Shown here one piece after another: positions 11,293 through 22,852 of a stretch of 64,000 nucleotides of DNA (within the stretch, counting starts at the first letter, position 1; every line of letters starts with the position of its first letter). The notes below the pieces were generated by a model. That model was not told where the DNA came from. It saw nothing but the letters and a program-made list of their open reading frames with translations, and did no database searches. The DNA comes from Wickerhamiella versatilis (lineage: Eukaryota), in the NCBI GenBank assembly GCA_030867685.1, contig JAQOWU010000001.1, forward strand, positions 186,001-250,000. The letters run 5' to 3'. Position numbers and translations under genes: made by a program.

Positions 11293-11898
11293 ATGCCTGA
11301 TATTGACAAGCTGTTTGATGATGTTAGCAATGGCTTAGGTGAAGCCCGTGAATTCACCTCTAAGCTCCAGGGCCGTTTCGGGGATATGTTTTCCAACTAC
11401 GAGTTCGACCCTACTGGCTTCAATCCATCCGGCGCTCTTCAGTCACTTGGTTTCCGGGGAAACAGTGTTCCAAGCGAACGCCAATATGCCGATTGTGTAG
11501 CTAAAAAGGGCGACTCTGTCTGGCTCGAGGATGGTAGCTATAAGTGCTTATTTCCATCTGATCCAACACCGGAGGGCAAGTGGTTCAAGGATTTCAAGGG
11601 ATTCCTTGATTTCCGTGAACAAATGCGGAATGCACGTATGAAGGAACGTCGTGAACTGGCCAAGTCTCATTTTAATGACTCGCCATTTCCAGGCGGTGAA
11701 CATCCCCGCCTGATCTCTGAAAAGGAAGCGAAAACGAAGCACCCAATTTCTACTAACATGACTTCAGAAAGTGTTACCCTAGATGATGGTACCTTAGAGA
11801 CGATCAGGAGAGAGGTGAGGCTCTTTGATGACAATACAGCGTATGTGAAAGAGTCGACGGAGAATTCGAAGGACAAAGGCTGGTTTTGGCGTTGGTAA
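11293..11898 (+). CDS. Mpm1-like (mitochondrial peculiar membrane protein 1) protein
   Basis: PSERQYADCVAKKGDSVW...YKCLFP and Trp-rich C-terminus KGWFWRW resemble the Mpm1 family as I recall it. Confidence 0.55.
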   Translation: MPDIDKLFDDVSNGLGEAREFTSKLQGRFGDMFSNYEFDPTGFNPSGALQSLGFRGNSVPSERQYADCVAKKGDSVWLEDGSYKCLFPSDPTPEGKWFKDFKGFLDFREQMRNARMKERRELAKSHFNDSPFPGGEHPRLISEKEAKTKHPISTNMTSESVTLDDGTLETIRREVRLFDDNTAYVKESTENSKDKGWFWRW

Positions 11899-12015
11899 TT
11901 TAGGTTAACTTATAAATGAATATACAGATGCATCAAGATATTTCGCTTTCATAAAATAAAATCAATAGTCACTCGAAAAAAAATATTATATTTCTACATG
12001 TATTATAAGATCAAG

Positions 12016-14145
12016 CTATAAAAGTAGTACAAGTGGAATCAATAATAGAGCAGCTGAGAACTTCATTACATTTCCAGAGTTGGCGACAGCTGGCTGGCTG
12101 TTGCTAGCTGCTGCTGAAGTTGCCAATTTCGGGGCAAGGCTAGAAGTAGCGGCTATTTCACTTTCTGCTGCCGTAGTATGCACCGCGCTTTGTCCTTCAG
12201 TGCAGGAGCAATCACTAATTGTCAAAGTGGTTGGTTTTGTGACAACATACGTCTGTGATCCAGCGGTGAAGGTAGTCGGCGAGGGACAATAGGTCGTGTA
12301 CACAGATACCTTGGCTGTGGCGGTAGCATTGGCATTGATGCCTTGACCCGAGTATAGCTGTGAGGTGACTGTACCCTCAGTACCATTTCTTGGACTTACC
12401 GATTGACTGGCCTGAGTTGTCAATTGCGTGGTCGGGTTTTGCGACACAACAAAAGATGAGGGAGATGGGCTCTTAGTACTCACAGCCACACTGGAGGTCG
12501 CGTTATTTTTCGTTGAGACATGAGCAGTGCTGGTCGCGGAGGACGTTTTCTTATTGCTGCTAGTGACGCCCTGTGTAGAATATCCTTGACTCGACAATGC
12601 GGACTTTGTTGTTGTCGTTGAAGAACTGTCCTGATGTGGTATCCATCCAGCGAAAGGATTAATATCTAACGACCAGATTAGGACCTGTGAGTCCAGATTA
12701 AAACCGGTCTGGTCCTTATACTGAATGGTGTTAAAATCCATGTGGCCATTTTGCGTGACAAAGTCATTGTCAGATGCACTGAGTAGATAAACACTACCAT
12801 TATCTGTTTTCAAGGGTAAGAAAGACAAACTTTCCCATTTCTCATTAAGCAGACCTCGATCAAAATCTCCACCATTATGCGCACCAAACTTTGAGAGCTG
12901 CGAATTGTCATTATAGTTGATAAACGAGTAATGTTCAGTGGCAATAGTCCCGTTCTGAATCTTGCCCTTAGCACTTTTACTGCCATCTGCAACAGTGCCG
13001 CCTGGCTTATCGGAAGAACTTCCTAGTATATTTGTGGCATCAGAGATGTCAATGACATCGATATGACGGTAGATAGACGTTGAATCATCTTGTCCATTAC
13101 CGTGGTGGTTATCCCGATTAAGGATAAGGAGCTGCGTTGGGCTTATATACAGTATCTCACTCATGGCAGCAACACGCAATCTCTTGCTAGGCTTTTCACT
13201 TGGGTCATTGTAATGAGGAAGTTTCACAACCCACTCGCCGGTGATTTTTGCATTTGCAATTGATCCGCCACTAATATCATAACGGAAAATCCGAGATGCT
13301 TGCCTGCGCGTAGCGTGGTCGCCTCCGTCCTGAATTGTTGCTGACTGCAGCATCACAAAAAGAGTGTTACCATCGGGAGAAACAGTGAGTCCTTCAAATC
13401 CTTTGTTTTGTGATCTGCCTGTCTTAATCTTAGGCTCGTTGATGTCCTCATCGTCGATAGGTGGGTTCCCAGAATTGAAGGATACTTCCCCATCCTTCTC
13501 TCTCGGCACCAAAGCATCCACTGGCTTAATCGCTGCCAACATTTGTCCGGATTGATCAAATTCATAGACGTACGGACCATACTCATCAGATATGAGAAAA
13601 TGGCCATTGGATAGCTGGCGTATAGATTCTGCATCAATACACACAGCTAAGTCTTTCAGGCCAATGTCAGCACCAGGTAATTCAGGATAGCCACCAGAGG
13701 CAGGAATTATGCCAGAAGACTCATAACCAGTGGTGTTGCGGCCATCAGGTCCCTTGAGTAAAATGGTGTCGACAATATCAAGGTTTATGTTCAAGTCACC
13801 ATCTACTTTCTTGGGCTCAAAAATCAACTTTAACTTGTAAATACGTGAAGTAAAGTTAACTGTGCCCTTAGTGTTCCAACCACGATCAGGAAGACCCCAA
13901 ACTGTGCAGGTAACCTTATCATTGTCATGAGTACAGGACTCAACATCAACACCAGATCCCAGACTGATTGAGTCACCGTAATTATCAACCGCGTCACTGG
14001 GCAAGTAACCGAATCCTGCGAGGCCATTGTTCTTATAGTGTTGACCTTTTATGTTTAGCACGTCGTTGCCATCAACGGGTGCAGCAGTAATATCATTGTA
14101 ACCAAAGGAGATCCCAAGAATTGAAGCCAAGGCAAGTATCTGCAT
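12016..14145 (-). CDS. Secreted, GPI-anchored protein with a phytase-like (esterase-like) beta-propeller domain
   Basis: Signal peptide; LPDRGWN, DAESI, ISDEYGPY, NKGFEGL, EKWESL, SDNDF; Ser/Thr stalk; YTTYCP...TLTISDCSCT cell-wall motif; hydrophobic GPI-type tail. Confidence 0.82.
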   Translation of the reverse strand: MQILALASILGISFGYNDITAAPVDGNDVLNIKGQHYKNNGLAGFGYLPSDAVDNYGDSISLGSGVDVESCTHDNDKVTCTVWGLPDRGWNTKGTVNFTSRIYKLKLIFEPKKVDGDLNINLDIVDTILLKGPDGRNTTGYESSGIIPASGGYPELPGADIGLKDLAVCIDAESIRQLSNGHFLISDEYGPYVYEFDQSGQMLAAIKPVDALVPREKDGEVSFNSGNPPIDDEDINEPKIKTGRSQNKGFEGLTVSPDGNTLFVMLQSATIQDGGDHATRRQASRIFRYDISGGSIANAKITGEWVVKLPHYNDPSEKPSKRLRVAAMSEILYISPTQLLILNRDNHHGNGQDDSTSIYRHIDVIDISDATNILGSSSDKPGGTVADGSKSAKGKIQNGTIATEHYSFINYNDNSQLSKFGAHNGGDFDRGLLNEKWESLSFLPLKTDNGSVYLLSASDNDFVTQNGHMDFNTIQYKDQTGFNLDSQVLIWSLDINPFAGWIPHQDSSSTTTTKSALSSQGYSTQGVTSSNKKTSSATSTAHVSTKNNATSSVAVSTKSPSPSSFVVSQNPTTQLTTQASQSVSPRNGTEGTVTSQLYSGQGINANATATAKVSVYTTYCPSPTTFTAGSQTYVVTKPTTLTISDCSCTEGQSAVHTTAAESEIAATSSLAPKLATSAAASNSQPAVANSGNVMKFSAALLLIPLVLLL

Positions 14146-14975
14146 GCTCCAGTTTCTGGCTAAAAATCTGCCTATCGCGCTAGTAATACGCTATTTTGTC
14201 GAGGGTAAGGTTCTTCACCACGTGGGGTGGTCTTATATGTGGTATTTAGTCACGTCAGCAGTGAAAACACGGTATATTTAGTTGAGCGGGGTACACTGTA
14301 ATGAAAAGGTGTATGTTTTTCTGCTAATAATCTCATCAACCCCACTTTTTTGTCTAGCATTCACCCTGAGGGTTGATAATGCACTCTATCAATGAAATCG
14401 TGTTAGTAAGTGATTGATGATGTAATAGATTACCTTCGAAAAACGATATTCACGAATAAAGATTCATTGCATTCAAGAGGCACACTGCATTCTGTGCTAG
14501 CAATAAAGATTATGTCATTCTAAGGTTTTTTTTGGTCTTTTTTATCGAAATGACGTTACCCTTTCATTTTGATAAAGTATGCAAATAGATCTATTCTATT
14601 CACTTCGGTATGGTGAGATAAGGTCCAATTCTGGAATCTGTTCCTAAAAGCCTAAATCTTCTGGGATTAATGCTGTAGAACCAGCATCATCTGGATTGTT
14701 ATGGCTATCTTAGGGCTTCCATCATTAAATAGGAATAATCTATCACCTAATATATTCATGACGTCTCCGTAAATAAAGCTTGACTTAACATCATTATTCA
14801 TGTGGTTTCCCTTCTTGGCCTAAAAATTCAAATTCAGAGGAGGTCAGCAATGGTCGAGTACCACATATCAGCCAACAAAGCAACGCATATGGATTTCTAG
14901 ATTGTTTAATCAAAGTTAATTTCTTCATTACTCCTGAAGGTACGGGTATGCCCACCGGATGTGCGTTTAATTTTA

Positions 14976-14984
14976 TTAAAGTTT
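14976..14984 (+). promoter_or_regulatory. Wor1/WOPR consensus site TTAAAGTTT (variants at 14520-14528 and 15256-15264)
   Basis: Exact match to the known Wor1 motif, about 400 bp upstream of a WOPR gene. Confidence 0.4.
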
Positions 14985-15388
14985 CGACCAGCGTCACTGT
15001 ATGTTAATGAATCTGAAACTACCCTAGATGCATGCTCCGAAATACGGCACAGCCAGCTGGTCCTCAGACCGTACCGTCCGACCGCATTTGTCAGCGTTGC
15101 ATGCACCATGCACGACGTCCCGCAGTACGCTGTACCAAGTAAAAATGAATGCTATGCGCTAGTATAATTTAATTTAAGGCATTTAGGCCCAACTACCTTA
15201 TTACCTTCTCCCCCTGGCTCATCTTTCTCCGTACTGCATTGGCAGTTGAACCCGAAAACCTTAATTGAAATTTGACGGTCTCCCACCCGCAATAACAGAT
15301 TACATGAGTGATGACCCGCCCGCGGCCTCAGAAGATATATAACCCCGGGATTAGGATTACAAGAAGTCTAAGTGAGAGTCAAAAGTCT

Positions 15389-16615
15389 ATGACTCTCGTC
15401 CCAACCTTCGAGGGATATGTGCGAGATACACAAGACGCATTGATCCTTATTCAAGCTGTAATTGATGGTCGATTACAGCCAGCTCAACACAGACCCAGCG
15501 AACAGGAGCGCCCCACATCTATACGGTCTGGTGCGGTATACATATTTAACGAAAGGGAGTCTAGTATTCATCGATGGACAGACGGGGTTTCCTGGAGCCC
15601 ATCAAGAATACTAGGTAACTTCCTGTTGTATCGCCAGCTCCGAAAGCGCTCTGGTGACTCTCGTGGAGGCCCTCAGAGGCGTCACAAAAATTTGAGCGAG
15701 AGCTTTCAACGACAAGGAGGGGGGCATGCCCCGTACCCTCAGCGTAAAGACTACGGAGAGGGCTCTTTTTGTTCCACTGACTCAAGTTTTGGTCCAATAG
15801 AGGAAAGTGAAGCTAAGCTCCCAAATGTGGAATGGTCGGTATATGGCTCACTGACTGATTCGAATAAGTTTGCCAGCGATAGTCTTTTTAAGAAGGCTAT
15901 TTCAATAGAGTTCAAAGATTCGCATATCAAGCTTATTAGCTACTACAGGGCAGATGATGTAAAGAATGGTCTACTAGCTATTCCTTCACAATGCCCACAG
16001 TTAAATAAGATTCGGATCATCGACGAAATTGCTGATAAGAAGCATTTCCGGATGCCTGTGGTCCTCGGGAGATCAGGTTCTGTTTCAAAATTTGAACAAG
16101 CACAATGGTCGCCCACCCAGCCCTCGTACCCCACGCCAGTCTCCAATTTGGCCATGCCAGAGTATAGCCCACACGCGTACAGATACCCATCACACCACTC
16201 AGCTATGGCATATCCATACCCCCCACCAATATCAGCAGTTCATACAACACCTTCCCAGCCAATACCAACTGCAAATAGTCATTCTGTTCCCAGAGTTGCT
16301 GCTGGACAGCCACTCTCGCCGCCATCTCACCCGGCTCTCTTGACGCCTACTAGCCAGACCATCCTGGATCCCACAAATTCTGTGGCTTCTCAGGGTCGTA
16401 TATCAGTGGCGATGCTTGGGCAAGAATATGAACCTTACGATGGGGCTCTACTGAGTCGCATGTACAACGCCACGGAGGCTACCGATCCTCCATCAGGATC
16501 AAGTTATAGGTCAGACGACATACCAACGCACATACAAGAAACTGAAGCACCATCCGAATATGATGGTCTTGCCGGTATCTCCGCGGCGTATAATTACAGT
16601 CTCGAGCATTACTGA
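15389..16615 (+). CDS. Gti1/Pac2 (WOPR) transcription factor, Wor1/Mit1/Ryp1-like
   Basis: PTFEGYV..TQDALIL, IRSGAVYIF, RWTDGVSWSPSRILGNFLLYRQL, GSLTDS..F, KLISYY...DV; Pro/Ser-rich tail. Start placed at the ATG of MTLVPTF. Confidence 0.9.
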   Translation: MTLVPTFEGYVRDTQDALILIQAVIDGRLQPAQHRPSEQERPTSIRSGAVYIFNERESSIHRWTDGVSWSPSRILGNFLLYRQLRKRSGDSRGGPQRRHKNLSESFQRQGGGHAPYPQRKDYGEGSFCSTDSSFGPIEESEAKLPNVEWSVYGSLTDSNKFASDSLFKKAISIEFKDSHIKLISYYRADDVKNGLLAIPSQCPQLNKIRIIDEIADKKHFRMPVVLGRSGSVSKFEQAQWSPTQPSYPTPVSNLAMPEYSPHAYRYPSHHSAMAYPYPPPISAVHTTPSQPIPTANSHSVPRVAAGQPLSPPSHPALLTPTSQTILDPTNSVASQGRISVAMLGQEYEPYDGALLSRMYNATEATDPPSGSSYRSDDIPTHIQETEAPSEYDGLAGISAAYNYSLEHY

Positions 16616-17384
16616 GAAAGGTAGTGGTTAGGGGTCTGTGCGGAGTGCATAAAGTTCTGATGTGCGGCGTACTATATCCGTGCGCATGAAATCACATTTA
16701 TTCTCCAAAGTAGAGTGGCTGGTCCATTGTAATTTCTGGTAATATCTTTCGAAATACCATACTCTGTCTCTATGTGATGAAAGTATTCAATTGAATGATG
16801 TACTCATATGTGTGATATCTACTGAATATTTACGTAGCATCCTGTCTCTATGAACGCTACCATGATTCCCTACAGCTCATATATAATTATATTTTGTAAA
16901 AAAAGCGGTCGCTGAATCTGTACCTCTATTGAAGATACTTCACCTGAAATGAATCGTATACTGTAGACATGTACAATCTCTCTCTCTCCCTCTCTATATC
17001 TATGTGTATAATTATTTTCACACGCCGGATGCACACGCGATTGGTTCATTACATTAGAAACCGCACGTATTCGATTGAAGGCAGATTATATAAATGAAGC
17101 AGGAATTGGAAAACAGACATCCGCATAACGTCAAAAGATATATATAGTCCTGAAAAAAGGGTAGGGTCCACGCGACCGGCCCACCCAGCTGGCCCACCCA
17201 ACCATATCGGAAACCCACCCCGTTCTATGAATTATCGTAGATCACTCATTCATGCACGCATCTTAATATCGTGACATAAAGTGGCACTGTCTGCGACAGA
17301 ATTCTGTTGTTAGGTGGTCTCTTTGCCTCTCTGTATGGTAATTACGCCAGAAGCCGAGTGTCGCGTTTGTTTGTCATCCATTAT

Positions 17385-18371
17385 ATGTCCCAAGGCCCAG
17401 GACCAAGCAAAAGGCAAAAGACAGAGCCAGCACTGGAGCTTCCTTGGGTTGAAAAATACCGCCCGCGCTCGCTGGACGATGTTGTGGGTAACGAGGACAC
17501 AGTGTCTCGTCTTCGTGCTATAGCACGCGACGGTAATATGCCACACATGATTATTTCGGGTATGCCAGGTATCGGTAAAACCACCAGTGTGCACGCCCTC
17601 GCTCATGAGCTGCTTGGAGACGCTTATCATGAGGCGGTACTCGAGCTGAATGCTAGTGATGAGCGCGGTATTGACGTGGTGCGAGGAAGAATCAAGCAAT
17701 TTGCTCAGAAACGCGTTAACCTCCCCGCGGGTCGCCATAAGATTGTAATTCTTGATGAAGCCGATTCTATGACACCTGGTGCTCAGCAAGCTCTCCGGCG
17801 AACGATGGAGATATATGCCAATACAACTCGTTTTGCATTCGCGTGTAATCAATCCAATAAAATCATTGAGCCTTTGCAGTCTCGATGTGCCATCCTCCGC
17901 TTTGGTAGACTATCCGATGAGCAAATTCTTGCCCGTCTTCTTCAAGTCATTGCAGCGGAAAATGTAAAATATTCGGATGACGGTCTCAGTGCGCTATTGT
18001 TTTCCGCGGAGGGTGACATGCGCCAGGCACTGAACAATTTACAATCCACTGCCTCTGGTTTCGGTTTCGTTAACTCTGAAAATGTTTTCAAGGTTGTGGA
18101 TCAACCGCATCCTGTGGTCGTGCGAAGGATGTTGAAAAATTGCATGAATTCACAGCTAGAAGATGCACTGACTGATATGGAGGAGCTTTGGGGTAAAGGA
18201 TACAGTGCTATCGATATTATTTCCACTCTCTTTCGTCTTTGCAAAACTATTGAGGCCTCCGAAACACGTCGGCTTCAGCTGCTCCGTGAGGTTGGCTTCA
18301 CACAGCTTAGAGTGCTCGATGGTCTTAATTCAAAATTGCAGGTAGCCGGGCTCCTTGCAAGAATAGCTTAG
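17385..18371 (+). CDS. RFC4: Replication factor C subunit 4
   Basis: [46 protein letters not shown]; first ATG at 17385. Confidence 0.95.
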   Translation: MSQGPGPSKRQKTEPALELPWVEKYRPRSLDDVVGNEDTVSRLRAIARDGNMPHMIISGMPGIGKTTSVHALAHELLGDAYHEAVLELNASDERGIDVVRGRIKQFAQKRVNLPAGRHKIVILDEADSMTPGAQQALRRTMEIYANTTRFAFACNQSNKIIEPLQSRCAILRFGRLSDEQILARLLQVIAAENVKYSDDGLSALLFSAEGDMRQALNNLQSTASGFGFVNSENVFKVVDQPHPVVVRRMLKNCMNSQLEDALTDMEELWGKGYSAIDIISTLFRLCKTIEASETRRLQLLREVGFTQLRVLDGLNSKLQVAGLLARIA

Positions 18372-18892
18372 GTCTAGTTTAGTGGATCCACGTTGGTGGT
18401 GTGAAAGGGCATAATAAGTATGTATAAGTGTATCATGTCATATGTTCCTGGTTAGTTATATGGTTTTGTATAGACACTTGTTATATGTATGCATTTAGGT
18501 TGTGATTTCTGCTTGGTTTATTGTCCAGATATGGTGGGGCAAATGCCTTTGGTAGACCGTGTGTACACGTTCTGTGTATGTAGATAGCGCACTACCAGTA
18601 GCAATTTATACCTATTTCTATTTATTAAAGAAAATTTTGGATAAGAATTAGGTGTTTTCGTGGTATTTATGCGGCCTCGACTGACTATCATCCCTCAATC
18701 TATTAGAAACCCAGCTTAGTCTTTCATATCTATAATGTGAAATTAGGCATCATAAGTTAGATGGGGTACAAGATCTATAACATATACATTTACACGAAGA
18801 ATAGACAATAAAAAGGAAAAAATTACATCATATAAGGCCGCTGCTATGGATATATATCATTATAACCATAAGCTGTGCATACCTAGATAAAA

Positions 18893-20377
18893 TCATAGAT
18901 GCAAGAAATCGGCATACTGTTGCGGGTCCAGCATGTCTCGCAGGACTTGAGTAGCCTGTTGACGGGTAGACTCCAAATATTCATCATCATTGCTCTGCGC
19001 CACTGATGCCATGCACACCAAAAGCTCGTCCGGGTTTGACATAGTCAACTGAGGCAACATAGACCATAGGAAAAGTACACATTCTGAAACAAGCGTCTTG
19101 TGGGCCGGTGATGCGATTGCATTGACTTCGTAGACCAATGTCCTAGTGACAGCAGCCTGTGCAGTAGGAGATGTCGGCTTCAGGGCCTGAACGAAACGTA
19201 CACTCACAGAACGCAACTCATAAAAGTCACATAGGGCCAAGTGGTCACAGAAGGAATTATTTAGAACACCAGGGGGGAGCTGAAAATATGAAGGATACGA
19301 AGTATCCAATGTCGCAGCATTAAGTGGCTTTTCATCCCAAAGGCCACCAAATAGCATCTCTATAGATGGCTTGGGCGGGTACTCTGGAAACAACTGGCTC
19401 TCTGGCAGGCCACGAGGAGGGATATACCCGCAGCCAGCAAGCGCTATCATAATCTCTGCCGCTCGCACCACGATGGAGGGAACATGTGACATGAGGGCAG
19501 CTTGAATCGTTTCAACTGGGATATCATATTCAACGTCGAGGCACATCAACAGATCAAGCGCACAAAGTAGGCAGCTGAGAAGGTAACACGGGATTCGCGG
19601 AACTAGGTCATTAGGTCCCAATGTCGATGGTAAAGGAGTGAGTTCGCCTAGCCACTCACCCACTTTCCGCCACAAGCGGACTGCAGTGCTTTCGCTGGGC
19701 ACACAATGAGGCATCAGCACCCCTACAAGATCTAATGCCAAGATTCCAATGTCCAAAGGTTTCTCTAATAAATCTAATGCTGCTGCAAGAGCACCATCAG
19801 ACGTATCCGCATCTCCTATCGTCAAACCCTCTCCTTTTCGATATAGTTGCTCGAGGGTGGGTTCTGAATTCTCTTGTATACGATGCCGTAAAATATCAGC
19901 GCGCCAAGTCTCTGTATGCTCCTCATGATGCGCCTGTAATTGTGGGGATGGTGAGGGTGTCGGTGACACTACTGCTCGCCGGCGAGGTAAAGCTACTCGG
20001 TTGACAACAAATCCATCACCACCTCTATTTATATTTTTTCGCTGGGTATGGCCTGCCGGAGTCGACGCATCGGTGGGCCTGGGTAAAGCAGGTTTGATTC
20101 GGTCAGCTTTGGATGCGGCTGTAGCAAATTCAGAACGGCTTTGAGATTCGAGCAGCTGCCGCTTGAGCTGATTGACTTCTTTTTCAAGGTCTGATCGACG
20201 AGCAGTCTGCTGCTTAAGAAGTTCTGAGATTTCCTCTTGATGCTTTGAATTGCGATTGGCTAGTTGGGACCGTAAGATTGCATTCTCTCCGCGGATGCTA
20301 AGCTCTCTATCTTTATCAGATGGCTGCTGTGATGCTTCAAAAGCATCGAAAAGCGCCTCGTCCAGGTCACTGCTCAT
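18893..20377 (-). CDS. Probable ATR-interacting checkpoint protein (Ddc2/Lcd1/Rad26/ATRIP-like)
   Basis: Acidic N-terminus [14 protein letters not shown], coiled coil beginning [11 protein letters not shown], helical C-terminal region. Confidence 0.5.
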   Translation of the reverse strand: MSSDLDEALFDAFEASQQPSDKDRELSIRGENAILRSQLANRNSKHQEEISELLKQQTARRSDLEKEVNQLKRQLLESQSRSEFATAASKADRIKPALPRPTDASTPAGHTQRKNINRGGDGFVVNRVALPRRRAVVSPTPSPSPQLQAHHEEHTETWRADILRHRIQENSEPTLEQLYRKGEGLTIGDADTSDGALAAALDLLEKPLDIGILALDLVGVLMPHCVPSESTAVRLWRKVGEWLGELTPLPSTLGPNDLVPRIPCYLLSCLLCALDLLMCLDVEYDIPVETIQAALMSHVPSIVVRAAEIMIALAGCGYIPPRGLPESQLFPEYPPKPSIEMLFGGLWDEKPLNAATLDTSYPSYFQLPPGVLNNSFCDHLALCDFYELRSVSVRFVQALKPTSPTAQAAVTRTLVYEVNAIASPAHKTLVSECVLFLWSMLPQLTMSNPDELLVCMASVAQSNDDEYLESTRQQATQVLRDMLDPQQYADFLHL

Positions 20378-20444
20378 CGGTCATTGGGATTTATTCCAAT
20401 CGCCAGCGGTTAGTAATAGCAGATCACTGGTGAAATTCTTCACC

Positions 20445-21161
20445 ATGGTTAAGGATGATCCTAATGCTGTTCCAGGCATTCCATCAGCACCTAAACCATT
20501 AACTTCAAAAGATAAGGATACTACAAGGTTGATTGTGGTGTTGAGTGAGGCATGTATTGAGTCGTACAAAATTCACTCAAGTTCTGGTGAAAGATATGCA
20601 CTGCTGAACTGTGATGACCATCAAGGGATTCTGAAGAAAATGGGGCGCGATATTAGTGACGTGCGTCCGGATATAACGCACCAATGCTTGCTCACTCTTC
20701 TGGACTCCCCCATTAACAAGGCAGGGAAACTTCAGGTTTATATTTCAACTAGCCGTGGTGTGCTCATCGAGGTTAACCCAGCCGTCCGCATTCCTCGCAC
20801 ATTCAAAAGATTTAGCGGCCTAATGGTGCAACTTCTTCACAAGTTGAGTATACGATCAGTAAACAGCGAGGAGAAGCTTCTTAAGGTAATAAAGAATCCC
20901 ATCACCCAGCATCTCCCGACAAAATGTCGAAAAGTGACCCTTTCATTTGATGCACCGGTCATCCGCGTCCAGGATTATGTGAATAAACTGGAATCAGACG
21001 AATCGGTCTGTCTTTTTGTTGGTGCCATTGCTCGCGGAAAAGATGATTTTGCTGATGAGTTTGTCGATGAGAAAATTGGTGTCTCTCAATATCCCCTTTC
21101 TGCATCAGTTGCCTGCTCGAAGTTTTGCCACGGCTGTGAGGACGCATGGGGAATCATGTGA
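20445..21161 (+). CDS. EMG1: 18S rRNA pseudouridine methyltransferase Emg1/Nep1
   Basis: [50 protein letters not shown]; first ATG at 20445. Confidence 0.96.
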   Translation: MVKDDPNAVPGIPSAPKPLTSKDKDTTRLIVVLSEACIESYKIHSSSGERYALLNCDDHQGILKKMGRDISDVRPDITHQCLLTLLDSPINKAGKLQVYISTSRGVLIEVNPAVRIPRTFKRFSGLMVQLLHKLSIRSVNSEEKLLKVIKNPITQHLPTKCRKVTLSFDAPVIRVQDYVNKLESDESVCLFVGAIARGKDDFADEFVDEKIGVSQYPLSASVACSKFCHGCEDAWGIM

Positions 21162-22141
21162 GGTCCAGATAAGGTTGCACCCCACCATATGTCACCACTC
21201 CACCTAGTCCTCTTGGGATGTGCATCGGCGTTGTTCGACAGAGTAAGGATAGGCGGTGTCCGTAGGCAGGAGGTTGAAATGAATGACCCAGAAAACGAAG
21301 GCGCCAACCCCGTTTATGCATCTAGGGAACCCTGAAGGATGGTAGTACGAAGTTGTCAATGGATGGATGTGTGAATGAGAGGATGGCCTGTCTGGCTGTT
21401 AGCACAGACGTCCACGAAGGTGTAGCTGGCTAATATTGTTGCCGGAGGCCTTAAATACAGAAGCTGAAAGGCAAGTAGAGCATTGTAATTGTCTGGGGCT
21501 ACTTGTTATGTTTTTTAACCAAGTCCTGGAGGCCTCATGAGACACCCAGATCCCACTTTTCCATATTAAAAAAAGTAATAGGTGCAGCATTAATTAATTT
21601 TAAAATATGGTTCTAACAATTGTGCAAAAACCGCCATAAGGCGATTTCCCGGACCACAGGCTGGGATGGCAGCATGTAGCATCGCGCGTTTCGGCTGCGG
21701 AATATTCCCGAAGCTCCGAACAACTAATGGATTACAAACCAACACTATTCTTACGAAAATATTACGTGTTGTAAAAAGACAAAGACTAAGAGTCACGATA
21801 CTAAGCACATGGCCATGTTTAACAACATCGCTAGAGGCCAAGGCGTGATTTGAATATAATAGGGGAAATAACTTCTAAGGTTACCTAGGGGGCTGGATTT
21901 TGCCACCCTGTCCTTACCCCTCACCTGACAAATACCCCTACCCTCGTTGCCCTGGGAAACTAAGACCTCCCCAATCACAGTCGAACAACGCCACACCGCC
22001 AGTAGTGACGCAGAGTTCCACCAGAAGCAGCAGCACCCGCCACAACCTGGAGCATCTGTGTTATCTGTTGATCTTAAGGCGCCACTTAGTCTGCTCAGAC
22101 CTCACCTCGAACCGTATTTCGCCGTGGGTCCCCATTTGGTT

Positions 22142-22852
22142 ATGCACTCGACGCTGATTGGCCAAAGCCCTGTGCGCCCTCTGACCGCATTCCGAAATTC
22201 GGCCAAGTCCAAAGAGGCGGCTAGCGACAGTGATGACAGCGATGCTGCACCTCCTAGTGGAGCATTAAAGTTCCTTTCCGGTCGTCCTCGAAAGCGCAGA
22301 CGGGTCTCGCTTGTGCCGACGCCGCAAACGCCCGCCGCCGACTCCTCAGAAAGTGAGCATTCCAGTGCTGCCGCTGAACGACGAGATGCAGCCCGACGCA
22401 GGCGTCGGCACTCACTAGCTGTGCTAGAATTTGATACATCTGCTCGTCAGCGCTGCTTTGACTATTTACTTTCGGCTATAGATGCCATCTGGGCGGAGTA
22501 CTGTGACTCGACCTCCGCGGCGGAGTCACAGCTTTATTTGCCCCAGTCACCAGTATCTGAAGCTAGCAGCGCATCATCAGAGGAAAATGCTGGATCATCT
22601 TCCCACCATGTGGCTATCTCTTCGCAGCCAGAAAGCCAGCGGCTCATGCGAATGAAGCAACGTTTGCTAGATGCAAAATACAAACTCACCGATCTTGCTG
22701 GCAAGTGTGATCCTGATGCATCTTCGCAGTTTTGGAAATACTGGGATGCCCTCAGGTATACACTAGTAGAAATTGTGGATGGCGAGGACGAAGACGAAGC
22801 CACTGATGTATTAGAAGACCTTGAGGCAGGACGATTCTACCCTGTCTACTGA
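22142..22852 (+). CDS. Uncharacterised protein with conserved-looking C-terminal helical domain (possibly S. cerevisiae YBL029W-like)
   Basis: First ATG at 22142 (frame open from 21929). NLS-like RPRKRRR; RQRCFDYLLSAIDAIWAEYCD; FWKYWD...LEDLEAGR. The family link is from memory. Confidence 0.7.
   Translation: MHSTLIGQSPVRPLTAFRNSAKSKEAASDSDDSDAAPPSGALKFLSGRPRKRRRVSLVPTPQTPAADSSESEHSSAAAERRDAARRRRRHSLAVLEFDTSARQRCFDYLLSAIDAIWAEYCDSTSAAESQLYLPQSPVSEASSASSEENAGSSSHHVAISSQPESQRLMRMKQRLLDAKYKLTDLAGKCDPDASSQFWKYWDALRYTLVEIVDGEDEDEATDVLEDLEAGRFYPVY

Noticed and set aside
16977-17220. (CT)n tract and GGCCCACCCA x2 upstream of RFC4
   Set aside because: Simple low-complexity or two-copy repeats; no array or mobile-element structure.
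20250-20444. Extended EMG1 N-terminus (similar extensions for RFC4, VPS55, RPT3 and the NIPA gene)
   Set aside because: Artefacts of non-ATG starts in the ORF caller; downstream ATGs fit the conserved N-termini.
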